A program made the position numbers and the translations under genes. DNA of 63,960 nt, filler included, from Octopus bimaculoides (Eukaryota), in NCBI RefSeq assembly GCF_001194135.2. It is 6 parts of 4 records of this genome, joined end to end, with 100 filler letters (N's around TTAATTAATTAA, not from the genome) between each part and the next. Parts side by side here need not be neighbours in the genome. Positions count along the whole stretch, not along the records: positions 1 to 23,831 come from NC_068982.1; 5 more parts are not named here. One strand, 5' to 3'. This document shows positions 1 through 11,960 of this stretch, piece by piece (the first letter of the stretch is position 1; each line of letters opens with the position of its first letter). The notes below the pieces were generated by a model, which saw only the letters and a program-made list of their open reading frames with translations, was not told the DNA's origin and did no database searches.

Positions 1-69
1 AACACTGAATATTTCATATATTCAATAAGACATATTCCATATATTCAATAAGACATTCAATACTTCATT

Positions 70-190
70 TCATTGTACCATCCATTGTTATATTATATAT
101 TATATATTCCATATTCTATATCCCACATTAATTTTACAAGAATATAAATAAAACAAAAAACAGAGTTGGAACTCTTTTAATAAAATAATA
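70..190. repeat. Interspersed repeat fragment shared with ~24010-24155
   Basis: ccattctata(t/c)cccacatta...gaatataaataaaaca...gttggaactcttttaa..aaaataata occurs at both positions. Confidence 0.7.
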
Positions 191-243
191 TATTCCTCTA
201 TACACGATCATACAAAACCCCCTTTTTTGTATTTATTTTTACT

Positions 244-275
<32 letters not shown>

Positions 276-276
<1 letters not shown>

Positions 277-1273
277 TAGGTCATCGCATAAATGATGCAC
301 ATTTTTCAATTGCATGAACTAAAAGTCGGAGGGGGACGGGATAAAATAATAAAAGCAGGTAGTAATTTTACCTCATACTTATTCTTAGTGCAAGCTTTGA
401 AGAGCTCACCGAGGACGTCCTGCAAATCCTGGTGGAAGAAAATCCCATCGTAACTGTTCAGGAACCAGCAGATAAGCTTGGATTTGGTCATTCAACCATT
501 CATTAGTATGTGCGTGCTATTGGAAAAGTAAGCAAATTGAGTCAATGGGATCCTCGTAAACTTTCCAAGTCTTATCGCGCGCAGAGAGTGAATGTGTGCT
601 CTTCTTTGCTGTCACGCCTCACGAATGAAACATTTTGGGACAGAATAGTGACTGGTGACGAGAAATGGGTTCTCTATAAAAATGCTGATGACAGTGAGTA
701 GGGAAAGAAGAAACACTGGCACCACGTAAGGTGTTGTTATCTGTTTGGTGGGGTATGAAAGGTTTAATCCATTTTGAACTTTTAAATGCAAACTGAACAA
801 TAACAAAGGAGATCTACTGTGAGCAGCTTGAGCGGGTGAAGTCAGCGCTAGAACAAAAACAACCATCTTTGATTTCAAGACGAAAGGTGTTCTTCCATCA
901 GAATAATGCCTGCCACTTACAACAAAAATGACATTCCAAAGGCTGGAGATATTTTTAATGGAAACGATGCCCCAACCACAACATTCGCCGGACATCGCGC
1001 CATCTGATTATCGTTTATTCCGCAGTCTTCAAAATCATTTGGAGAGAAAATATATGAATTCTGTCGACGAGGTCAGAAAAGTACCGGAGGAGTAGTTTTC
1101 GTCACGGACAAGTGAAGTTAGGAAGAGGGGCCTTGTAAGTATACCAGATAGATGGAAGACCATTGCAGAAAATGAAGGAGAGTACATTTTAGATTAAAAA
1201 AGAATATTGTTTATCTTAATTTTGAAAAATATAAGAAGTATAAAGAAATTGCATTATTTATGGGACGACCCAG
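276..1273 (+). mobile_element. Degenerate mariner (DD34D) DNA transposon with imperfect TIRs
   Basis: Left end TTAGGTCATCGCATAAATGATGCA resembles the reverse complement of the right end (CTGGGTCGTCCCATAAATAATGCA), with TA on both flanks. Broken transposase: WDPRKL (WVPHEL-like), DRIVTGDEKWVLY, HQNNA (HDNA-like), HSPDIAPSDYRLF (YSPDLAPSDY-like). Confidence 0.92.
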
Positions 1274-1377
1274 TATAATACACACACACACATACANNNN
1301 NNNNNNNNNNNNNNNNNNNNNNNNNNNNNNNNNNNNNNNNNNNNNNNNNNNNNNNNNNNNNNNNNNNNNNNNNATAT

Positions 1378-2150
1378 ATACTGGATGCGGTGAATAAGCT
1401 GTCGTCTAAATTACGGAAAAATGAAAATAACACTGACACCTCATTTTAACAGATATATTTACCCAAATTAAATAAAAGTATCTTTAAATATTAAAGAGTA
1501 AATTTATTTAATAAAATCGACATTAGTTTCAACCACGGCCTCCAGACGATTTCGGAATCTCCTGCAAGTCTTCTGGGCTGTCTCCTTGTTTAAGTTGGTG
1601 AATACTGCCATAATCTTTACCTTCAGATCATCATTGGTGTTACAAGGAGTTTTGTTGTTCTCTCGCTCAACTGCACCCCACACTTAATAATCAAAGGGGT
1701 CGCAGTCTGGGGTGTTAGGTGGGAAGATTTTAGGGGTGATGTGGTCGCAGAAATTGTCTCACAGCCATGACTAGGTTTCGTGCTTGTATGGCAAGTTAAA
1801 GTGTCCTGTTTGCAGACATAGTGTCCTCCAGCAGCCACGTCTTGACCCAGGGCAGCACTGGTTTCTCTATGCATTGCTTGTAGGCCTCCGTGTTGAGTCT
1901 GAAGCCGTGTGGAAAGATGAATAGAGGCATAATGTAACAACTAGTGATCACTCCAAATCCCAATATGTTGACTGGATGTTTGATTTTTATCACTTTCGGT
2001 ACATGTCCTCAGATTGCAGTCCTCAGACTGATACCCAAACACTCTGAAATGTGCGTAGAGCAGTCTTTCCTCTTGTCCTTGATAGCTTGGTATAAAAATT
2101 GGCCCTTTCTCATCTTATATGAGGATTAACGAATATCTTCATACACTACC
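1378..2150 (-). mobile_element. Tc1/mariner superfamily transposase fragment, maT/DD37D-like (3' half, frameshifted)
   Basis: Minus-strand pieces KHPVNILGFGVITS..MPLFIFPHGFRLNTEAY...VLPWV, KQD...CHTS, PPNTPDCDPFDY*VWGAVERENNKTPCNT...ETAQKTCRRFRNRLEAVVE match the D,D37D C-terminal region. It ends at a TA next to a gap; the subfamily call is inferred. Confidence 0.75.
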
Positions 2151-2194
2151 TGCCTGATAAGAAACACAGAACATTTACACATGGCATGCTATAT

Positions 2195-3945
2195 ATATAT
2201 ATATATTCCAAATTTGTAAAAGTGTATATAGAATAATATATCAGTCGAATAAAGTTAAAACATAATCTAGTTTTCACGTTTTTTATTATGGTATATAAAA
2301 GAAAACAATTTTTTTTTACAATGTTGAATTGTGCTCAACATTAAAAATATATTTTGTAACGTTCATAAAGAGCAATTAGAGCTTTTATACGTTCGTAGTA
2401 ATCATCAAATTTCAAAATGTATTTATCTCACAGCTGAGTTCTTGACAACTGTAGTAGAATAACTGAATTCTTCCTTTTTATACCTCTTAGAAGGCTCCAA
2501 CAAGCTGAAGTTTTGGATGTGGTTTTGACCAATCTGCATGCACCTTACACGTTTTGAGCGTACCGATATTGCTGGTATAGATCCCGCCTTTATTCTAACC
2601 AATTAGCTTTCGGGTTACATGTAATGGTTTTATGAGTGAGCAAACTTAATTGGTTCCTATCGCTTTTATTTCAATTAGTGGGAGTCGTCTGTAATTTGTT
2701 TATATTCATATATTAAAGATATTTTTTAACCCACATCATTAACTGGTTGTTATTGCCGTTCAGAACAGATTCGAACATTTTAATAAACCGTTTTTCTTTT
2801 ATCTTTCTTCCAGCTTCACTTGTATCATGTAGTTTGTGTAAAGGAAAAATTGGAAACATTTCCTGAGTACATGTTTCAATATGTTCGCACAATTGAATTT
2901 GGCGAACATTATTTTTCCGGATTTGTTGTCTGTGGGCTCGTGAGCATTTCGATAATTCATTCCCTGACTTGCCAATATGTAGTTCCTCGCAATTCGGGCA
3001 TTTAATGCAGTAGATCAAATTTCTACTTTTGAAGTCCATATCTGTATTTGCGAAAATCTGCCCATGTTTTGTTCTAATGGATCTACCAGTGTGCATGTAT
3101 TGACACGTTCCACATCTGTTATCATTACACTTGGATACTGTGATTAATTTATCCTGTTTGTTCATGTTGAATTTCGCCTTTGTTAATCGTTTCTTTAGGT
3201 TATGTGGTGGTTTTTTGCTTAAAATAAGTGTTTGACTAGTTATGTGTTTTTAATTTTTCACTTTGTTTCATAATTGGCAAATTTCTTTTGATGATTTTAA
3301 AAATGTTTTGCTTATGCGGATTGTGTGTTACTAGAAATGGTATTGTGCTCTGTTGATGGGTTCGTCTTTCTGATGTTGCCCTAACTTGTTCTATAGGTAT
3401 CTCTTTTACTCGTTGCATGCTGTTTTCTATAAGTAATGTCCAAACCTGTTCTGAACGGAAATGATAATAATAGAACGACCAGTTAATGATGTGGATTAAA
3501 AAATATCTTTAACATATGAATATAAACAAATTACAAAAGACTCCCAACAAATGAAATAAAAGCGATCGAAATCAACTGACTTTGCACACTCATGAAAATC
3601 ATTACATGTAAACCACAAGCTAACTGATTAAAATAAAGACGGGATCTATGCCAGTAATATCGGTAAGCCCGGTACACCTTGAATTTTAAGCTGCATGTGG
3701 ATTGGTCAAAAAGCATTCCAAAAGTTCAGCATGTTAATGCATTCTAGTAGGTACAAAAATGAAGACTTCCGTTATTATATTACAGCTGTCAAGAACTCAA
3801 CTGTCAGTTTAATATATTTTGAAATCTGATGATTACTACGAACGTATGAAAGCTCTAATTGAAGTTTATGAACATTACAAAATATTTCTGTAATGTTTAA
3901 CACACTTCAGCATTGTAAAAAAAAAATTATACATTTGCAAAATAC
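2195..3945 (-). mobile_element. Penelope-like element (5'-truncated) with pLTR 2195-2712 and inverted pLTR copy 3510-3945
   Basis: 3510-3945 is a ~430 bp reverse-complement match of ~2290-2712 and flanks the GIY-YIG remnant. Confidence 0.85.
2713..3420 (-). pseudogene. PLE linker + GIY-YIG endonuclease remnant with CxxxxCxxC motif (Neptune-like)
   Basis: IPFLVTHNPHKQNIFKIIKRNLPIMK; KCNDNRCGTCQYM; SRNLIYCIKCPNCEELHIGKSG; AHRQQIR; HIETC; KIKEKRFIKMFESVLN. Confidence 0.9.
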
Positions 3946-4139
3946 CGTAATTAAAGCGTATATATATATATACCAATAATGTACCATACAGTCCATTGTT
4001 CGATATCATTTAAGGTATGATTATTTTCAATGAATTCTGATGTAAACGGTTCAGCTGGTGCAATCACTACAGCAACTACAGCTATCATCTTTTGGCGTTC
4101 ATTGTCTGAATTGATAAATGATACTTTTTTAAGGGTATC

Positions 4140-4540
4140 CTTTTAATTGATTCTTGTGGTACAGTGGTATAGTGTATAGCATCCTAAATATTGTTCGGTT
4201 TGTTTATTTGCTTGTGTTCCTTCCTTGTTCTCTAGCATGCTTGTGCAGTTGATATTATTCCGTTCCAGAAGCGATGTTTCGATTTTATGTTTACATGAGA
4301 TGATCCCCACGGAGTGTTTATTTACCACGTTTTCCCTGGATTTTATGATTTCCAGAATTTCTCCTAAGTATATGTTGCACACCTGTGATGTTCTGTTGCA
4401 CGGCTCAGCGTTTTTATTTTGTTTCATAATAGACCAGTGGATCGTCGTGTTCCCCACTCCATTCTGTTTGAGTCTCTAGACGAGGTTCGATAGTAATGGG
4501 GAGTGCCTTTCATTTATATTGGAAAATAATGTAAGATGGT
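4140..4540 (-). pseudogene. C-terminal end of a second PLE-type GIY-YIG endonuclease
   Basis: TTIHWSIMKQ...PCNRTSQVCNIYLGEILEII...VVNKHSVGIISCKH resembles the PLE tail WSI..PY..CNLCL.EK...LNKR.E..SKCRH. Confidence 0.6.
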
Positions 4541-7090
4541 TAGACAGACGATTTTTCATGTAAACATCCATTAATGTAGAGAGAAGCAGCTAAAAGAAAC
4601 AGTGAACAAATGAAATGATACTTATCGAAAACGGTATACAACAAGATCTTGGCTGATTTCAGTGGGTCTTTGATCCAGAAGAATCGAGTGACACCACAAT
4701 ATTTTATGCGTAGTTCTACTTGTAGTAATGCCGCTTTTTCGTCGGAAATCATAGTTGTGGGTGTTAGTTGAAAGCGCAGCAAAATGCCTAACAGATCTGG
4801 TAGAATTATTTAAGCTCTGTAGAGACATTCATTAAGAGATGGCGAATATTTACTGAAAGTTGCACTCACATCGTAAACAACTCTCAACTTTCTGCGTGTA
4901 ATATCTTAGAGGATGGTGCGCTAAATAATGAACCTTCTCGGTTTTTTCTTTGGAGCTTCTTCAATAATTTCTTCGCCAATTTGATTTCCAATGAATTCAT
5001 CATAATCCTTGAATAATTATTGATCTGCTGTTAGTCCTTGAGAAAGCTGTTTCAAAAGACTGGTAGCCAATACTCGACTAGTAGGTAGTCTCAGGTGGGG
5101 GAGTTTGCAGGAGAATTGAACTTGATATCTACATTTGTTTCCATTGAATTGATCAATGGCATTATCGTTATCTGATAGTTCCGGCTCGTCCATGATGTCC
5201 AAGGTTTCTAGCTTCCACATGTTCTACAACTCGATGTTAAAGTTGTCGTCACTATTTGAGCATTTCCTGTTTGTAATCCTGTTACCAAAAAGATGTTGCA
5301 AGGATTTTGTCTATTGAAATCACTTTGGCGGCAGCCTCCTAATGCAGTGCCAAAGATGGTTGGGAAAACAATCAATTTGAGGTCGTATATATCAACTTCT
5401 TGACTTGTTTTTCTTCTAAAATGTTAGCTCCAATTAACACCTCTGGCACATTTGCCCTTGCTGATGACAGACTAATCTGCTGTCATCGTAACTCTCTTTT
5501 ATCTTCTGTAAGAATAACGGTTTCATTTCTCATTGACATTGGTCTGTCCAGAACACTCACTTTGAGAGTAAGAATCCGCCCATTCTCAACATGTAGATAG
5601 ATATTGGTTTCGGGAGGCACTGGGATCTCTTTTCTGTAAGAGAATGTTTACCTCCAGATAACTAACGCTCTTTGATGAGAGTTGAAATTGTTTTCTCAGT
5701 CTTTCAGTAATAAACGTGTTTGAACTAGTGGTATCCAGTATTGCTTGTGTGAGTACTTTTCTTGTCGTGCTATTTGGATTACTTGTTACCGGCACGGTTG
5801 TTATATGTAGGCAATTTGAATCCGTGTTCGTTTTCAATGACACCATTGATCTCATCGGTTCCTTTCGGCTGTCTTCAGGGTTCAGTTCTGTTAAGGATTC
5901 ATCTTGAATCAGGAAGGCAGTGGTTTTAGTTGGAAGCTTTCTGCAGAGAGCTTTGTGTTTCTCTTTGCAATGCCAGATTTGACAAACTTTCGCATAGTGT
6001 TGACTCGAATGACATTTGAAACACAATTCCTTCTCCCAAATAAATCGCATGCGGTCTTTGTATGTCTTGTAGTTCTTACATTAATCATTAAAATGTGTAT
6101 TTTTGCAAAATACGCATGGTGGTTTTGGGTTTCGAGGTGAACCGCTGGTTGATTATTTCGATTTTAGCCCTGTGTGATAAAGGCATCTATTGAGCTTTGC
6201 CCGTTATTCGTTTCCTGTCTGGGAGTTCCTTCGTAATTTTGAGAAGCAGTCGGAGAAAATTGGAGATTGGACGATTGTCCAGAGTTGTGCCATCTGGCTT
6301 TACCCGTCCAACTTAAAGAACAAAATTGGCTGGATACTTTTGAAGCACGATCAAATTCAAATTTGAGAGCAAATAATCCATGCCGAGCATTTGCAACTGT
6401 CACAAAATCTTATTTTGTTTGTTACTTGCTTTCCTGAGCAGTTCAGAATTTTCGTTGGTCGCTCGGATGTTTGTCAACTGCCTGTGCAATTCGCGTTTAA
6501 TAGTTGCATCTTGCCCGTAGCGTTCTTTCAAAAGATCGTTTATTTTGCTTCGCTTTTGATTAAACCGTACAAATAACTGAACATCAGAAATTGTGAACTA
6601 CTGATTTGAAAAGTGACCAAAATGTTGGCCATTCGAGTTGGTTGCCGTTGAAAGTCGGTAATCGTATCTCCGGTTGTCTTATTCGGGCCGCAGGAATCCT
6701 AATCACTGCATCCTCAACCGGACCTTATTGTCTTCGGCTGTTCTGTCCACTTCACATTTCTGTTCCAATTTCTCGACAACGTCCTCCCAATTTTTCGTGT
6801 TCTTTCTCGTTATTTTTGATATTTAATATAATTTGCTTCATTGCTTGACGAACACAATCCTGTTCCTCAGTTGCAGAGATGAAGGGTATTGGGGTGACAA
6901 TCTGTTCCTGGAGTCGGAGAAAAGCTGTTTTGATCAATCTTCTTACGTTGCCCGAGGAAGTCATTCTTCGTTTTAATGAGGCCCTTTTCAATTCCAATAA
7001 ATTTTTTGCTACAGAAGCTTTGACATGGGTTTCAGCTTTCAATTTTTGGTCCACACCCAATGCCAAATCTTATCTCATCCTCGTCGCCAA
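4540..7090 (-). mobile_element. Degenerate BEL/Pao LTR retrotransposon (gag, zinc knuckle, protease, start of RT)
   Basis: IRLPTFNGNQLEWPTFWSLF (DUF1759-like gag); LCFKCHSSQHYAKVC; AILDTTSSNTFIT (protease); MWKLETLDI...RYQVQF..LP; RFQLTPTTMISDEKAALLQV...RFFWIKD (Pao RT). No LTRs identified. Confidence 0.85.
7072..7089 (-). promoter_or_regulatory. Primer-binding site complementary to the tRNA-Ser(GCT) 3' end
   Basis: Minus strand reads TGGCGACGAGGATGAGAT, 17/18 complementary to ...AUCCCAUCCUCGUCGCCA, and lies just upstream of the gag remnant. Confidence 0.8.
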
Positions 7091-7329
7091 TTTTTTGTGG
7101 AAACTCTTCGCTTCTTACCAAACAAAAAGATAAAATAAAATAAAATAAAATAGATACCTCGGTATCAAGATACGAAGAAACATGACTGATAGGAAATACA
7201 GACTTCACATATAATTCAAGGGATATGGCAATATAGCTGACTGGTGGAAACTGTTAGTTTGTTAACACAAAAATATATATATATATGTACAGTTGTTTTG
7301 TTTCCTTCAAGTGCAACAACTCTTTTGAT

Positions 7330-7485
7330 CTTCTTCTTCTTCTCCTCCTCCTCCTCCTTCCCCTCGTCGTCGTCGTCTTCCTCCTTCTTCTTCTTCTTCT
7401 TCTTCTTCTTCTTCTTCTTCTTCTTCTTCTTCTTCTTCTTCTTCTTTTTCTTCCTCTTCCTCTTCTTCTTCTTTTTCTTCTTCGA
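7330..7485. repeat. (CTT)n microsatellite
   Basis: Direct read; source of the poly-K/F/L pseudo-ORFs. Confidence 0.97.
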
Positions 7486-9111
7486 CTGGTTGTTTTCTTC
7501 TAGACGTCCGATTCTCGACTCACTTGTCATTGACTATCTCTTTTTTTAAATATAATATTTCGTTTTGTGTTTATTTTAAAATTTCCCAACGCTATCAAAC
7601 ATGACGTTGTCAACCTTTACCAAAGACGCGGCGCCAGTTCGTAAAATACACGTCACAGCATATAGTGTACTGTGCTACATCAGTTACAATAAAAGAAAAT
7701 TAAAGCAAAATAAGGACTTAAGACGCATGCGACTGTCCTTGGAAGAAAAGCTATCGAACCAGGATGAAAAATTCTGTAATGAAGTGGCTTAGCTTGGACG
7801 CAAGCTGACCATATGCTTGCACATACAGACATACACGCTGTAGCGTAGACTCTATATATACGTACATTCGAAAATAGGTAACAGCTAGCCTTCGGCCGCC
7901 GTTTGTATCCCATTTTGTCCACTACTCCGATTGGTTGGTATTGGCGCAAATTGTCTCCAACTTTGTTGTGCCAACAGACCGCGGATAGCCAGTCAGAAAC
8001 GTAAGATAGCATCACGTGAATAACCTTTTCCGAACTCTTTTCGAGCCTACTGCTCCCTACAAAAACCCAATTTTCTCCTCAATACACGTCTTTGGTTTCA
8101 GACATTTTAAGGTCTAGCCACTGACCACACAAGACACAGCCAGTTCCAACAATAACACCACAGCAGCTACGTGGAGATTTACCAGCTTCGCCCAAGAGCA
8201 TTCGGCGACCTCCATCTCCGTCGCCACCATCGTCCTAACGTCAACGTCTCTACGTACACAACATTACAAGCAACTCCACTATTTCCAACCCTTCACTGTT
8301 AGTTGATTACTTTACTATGGATGAACAGCGAATATACAACCTGCGAGAACTCCTGTACTAAGTGACCCAGGCAGCAGCAGCATCACAGCCAAATCTTCAC
8401 GTGCGACATGTACGGCAACCGGCTCAGCATCATGGCCACAACTCCTTGATACAGTATTTCAACTACCGTGAAAAATTGACTGCGAATTCGTATTCACATT
8501 CTTGTGTCTATGAATATTCTTCTAACTTTCCATGTCCTCTCCTTCATTGCTATTTTTATTTGTAACTAACACACACACACATACACTTTTTTCTCATGAC
8601 GGTCTGTCTATTATTCTATATACGTGACGCACACACACACACACACACATGTTAACATATCAATAGATCGTCTCTTAAAATTCTGCTCGGTTATGACTCT
8701 CTTTTTTCTTCTCGCACATGTATGTATTCATTTTATATTCATTGTAAGGGCTGTGTGATGTACTAAAGAGCCATTCTCGTCACCTTACATCGCACAGTCT
8801 CTTACAACACAGCATATGCATTCTCTCTTCACTCTATTTTAATTAATTCTTTAATTTTAAAGTACGTGCTTCATGTGAGTTACCTAACTTAACGGTACCT
8901 ATTACTTATTTTATTGCTTATATTAAACATATTTTACATATTTATGTCGTTAAAAATAGTTTATGATGTCTCTAGCGTTCTTCTTTATCTTTAACACCTT
9001 CCATCATGTAAAATTCTAAAGTATATTCTATTCCAACTCACAAATCATAGTTTCTGACAGTCCGTTGCAGGTGAAAACCGTAAATGAAATTCTGCCATAC
9101 ACACGTACACA

Positions 9112-9148
<37 letters not shown>

Positions 9149-9269
9149 ATACATACGCGCGTGCACGCACATGCACACTGACTCACACAGAGACACAGAC
9201 ACACGTGTTGATTAATTCTTCAGTTTCATTCTAAATTGTTTTATATATAACTTGGTATGAAAGCAAGCA

Positions 9270-9323
<54 letters not shown>

Positions 9324-9363
9324 TAGATAGATAGATAGATATATAGATATATAGATAGATAAT

Positions 9364-9397
<34 letters not shown>

Positions 9398-9882
9398 TAC
9401 ATATACACCCGACTCGTTCTTCCTTCTGTTACTACTATATCTCTCTGTTTCCCCTCTCGTTCTTCCTTCTGTTACTACTATATTTCTCTCTTCCTCTCTT
9501 TCTCTCGTTGCTCACCTATTCTTCTACTTCCTCCCCTTGTTTCTCTTTTTACCACTCTCTCTCTTCCTTACCCCTCCCTGGTCACATGTTTCCGGTCATT
9601 AATCCTTTTCTGCCTTGGCTATCGCCGAGCAAACACGCGAACTTACTTCGTCCCGCTTTCAGTTCGTGCCTCACAGCGTTCATATACACTTAATTGTTCA
9701 CATCTGGCCGCATAGCCTTTCCCGTTTGTTTTCCTGTCTTGTTTTCTCTTCCGTTTGATTTCCTGTCTAGTATTTTGTCTGCCACTACATTCCTCCATGG
9801 CACAAGTTTAATTTGTGTATACACATTTAATTTGCGGTCCATGGGAAGAGCCATTTTAACGATGCGTCCTGTCCTACTCTTC

Positions 9883-10030
9883 GAAACGCCGGTGTTAAGA
9901 TGGGGGTAGCTGATGAAGGTAAATGTTCTCTATGTGGCCTGTGTGTTTTCTGTACTCTGGTTTTTATTATTTTCTTGTCTACGTTTTGTTTTCAATGTCC
10001 TGTACCCAGATATGCACCTATATATACATG
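9883..10030 (+). repeat. Short interspersed family with GAAAC-N22-CTGATGA motif (copy 1)
   Basis: Similar to the reverse complements of 10300-10510 and 50470-50645 (shared gtcctgtacc..gatatgca tail). Confidence 0.75.
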
Positions 10031-10299
10031 TTGATGTAGGTATGCACATANNNNNNNNNNNNNNNNNNNNNNNNNNNNNNNNNNNNNNNNNNNNNNNNNN
10101 NNNNNNNNNNNNNNNNNNNNNNNNNNNNNNNNNNNNNNNNNNNNNNNNNNNNNNNNNNNNNNNNNNNNNNNNNNNNNNNNNNNNNNNNNNNNNNNNNNNN
10201 NNNNNNNNNNNNNNNNNNNNNNNNNNNNNNNNNATATATATTTATATATATATATCATAATACAAATGATATGTGACCATATGCAAGTATACATACATA

Positions 10300-10510
10300 T
10301 ATGTACATACCTACATCTACATGTATATCTAGATGCATATCCAGGTACAGGACTTTAAAAAAACGTCGACAAAAAAGGAACGGGAACATAAACAAAGCAC
10401 AAAAAATGGACTTTTTTTATGGAAAACAGAATGAACACACAGGAAAACAGACAAGCCACTTATGGAACTTTTCCTTCATCAGCTGCCTCTATTCTAAACT
10501 AGACGTTTCG
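10300..10510 (-). repeat. Same family, copy 2 (tail-to-tail with copy 1 across a gap)
   Basis: Reverse complement reads tcgaaacgtctag...cagctgatgaaggaaaagttcc...gtcctgtacctggatatgcatc. Confidence 0.7.
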
Positions 10511-11800
10511 ACGAATTTTTGTAAATGTGTATCAGCTGAATAAAGTTAAAATATGGTCTGGTTTTCACGTTTTTTGTTATTGTACTTTAAAAAAAATTCT
10601 TAAAATGTTGAAATATGTCAAACATTAAAAAAATATTTTTTAATGCTCATAAAGTTCAATTAGATTTCATACGTTCGTAGTAATCATCAGATTTCAAAAT
10701 GCATTTTAACTGATATTGAGTTCTTGACCACTGTAGTAAAATGACTGACGTCTTCATTTATGTACGTCTTCGAAGGCTCCAGCAAGCTAAATGTTTCGAG
10801 AATGGCTTGGACTAATCCGCATGCAGCTTAGGGGTAACGGTTTGCCGGGCTTACCGATATTATTGGCATAGATCCCGCCCTTATTTTAGACAATTAACGG
10901 TTTACATGTAAATGGTTTTATGTGTGAGAAAACTTAGCTGGTTTCTATCGCTTTATTTCAATTGGTGGGAGTCTTCTGTAATTTGTTTATATTCATATAA
11001 TAAAGATATATCTTAATCCGCATGGTTAACCGGTTTTATTTTATTATTGTTATTTTCGTTCAGAACAGATTTGAATATTTTGATAACACGCTTTTCTTTT
11101 ATCATTCTTTCAAACTCACTTGTGAAAAGTGGTTTGTAGAAAGGAAAAATTAGAAACATTTTCTGACCACATACTTCGCTCAATGGAATTCGGCGAACAT
11201 TATTTTCCGGATTTGTTGTCAGTGAACTCATGAACGTTCCGATAATGCATTCGCTATGTCGCGAATATATAGTTCCTCGCAATTAGGGCATTTGGGGCAT
11301 TTGAATATATTACATATGAATATAAACAAATTACAAATTACAAAAGACTCCTACCGATTGAAATAAAAACAATCGAACTAAGTTGGGTCACTCATAAAAC
11401 CATTACATGCAAACCGCAAGCTAATTGATTAAAATAAAAACGGGATCTATGCCAGTAATACCGATGCGCCCAGCAAACCGTGACGTTTAAGCTGCGTGGT
11501 GATTGTTCAAATCCGTATTCGAAAAATTCATCTTGTTGGAGCCCTATAAACGATAAAAGAAAAATTAAGAAGTCAGCCATTTTACTACAGTTGTCAAGAA
11601 CTCAACTGTCAGTTAAATATATTTTGAAACATGAAGATTACTACGAAAGTATTAAAGCTCTAATGGAACGTTATGAACATTACAAAATCTTTTTTTTATA
11701 TTTAACACACTTTAACATTGTAAAAACTTTTTTCAATAAAATAAAAAAAAATGTGAAAACCAGACCATGCTGTAACTTTAATCAACTGATGTATATAGAT
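10510..11800 (-). mobile_element. Second copy of the Neptune-like PLE: pLTR + short EN 3' fragment + inverted pLTR
   Basis: 10520-11010 is similar to 2230-2712; 11010-11290 is similar to 2740-3000 (IKEKRVIKIFKSVLN); 11310-11800 is the inverted pLTR. Confidence 0.85.
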
Positions 11801-11960
11801 TTCTAAATTGTAAAAAAGACAAAAACAGAGACAAGTGAGAGAACAACAAGGAAGGTGTATCAGTTTGACGCTCAAGAAAAATAGAAGAGTCTTCGACGTT
11901 TCGAACCGACGCAGTTCTACAGAAAGGAATGAGGAATGAAAAGAGATGGATGGGGAAAAA
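11800..11960 (-). repeat. Short element carrying a CUGUNGA-type hammerhead-like motif (11892-11927)
   Basis: Minus strand TCCTTT CTGTAGA A CTGCGTCGGTTC GAAACGTC GAAGAC; the tail (cttgagcgtcaaactgatac) is shared with the copy at 33430-33470. Confidence 0.6.

Noticed and set aside
2713-3420. Naiad-type selenoprotein PLE
   Set aside because: The endonuclease is C-terminal (followed by the pLTR), with no pattern of TGA at cysteine positions and no SECIS seen.
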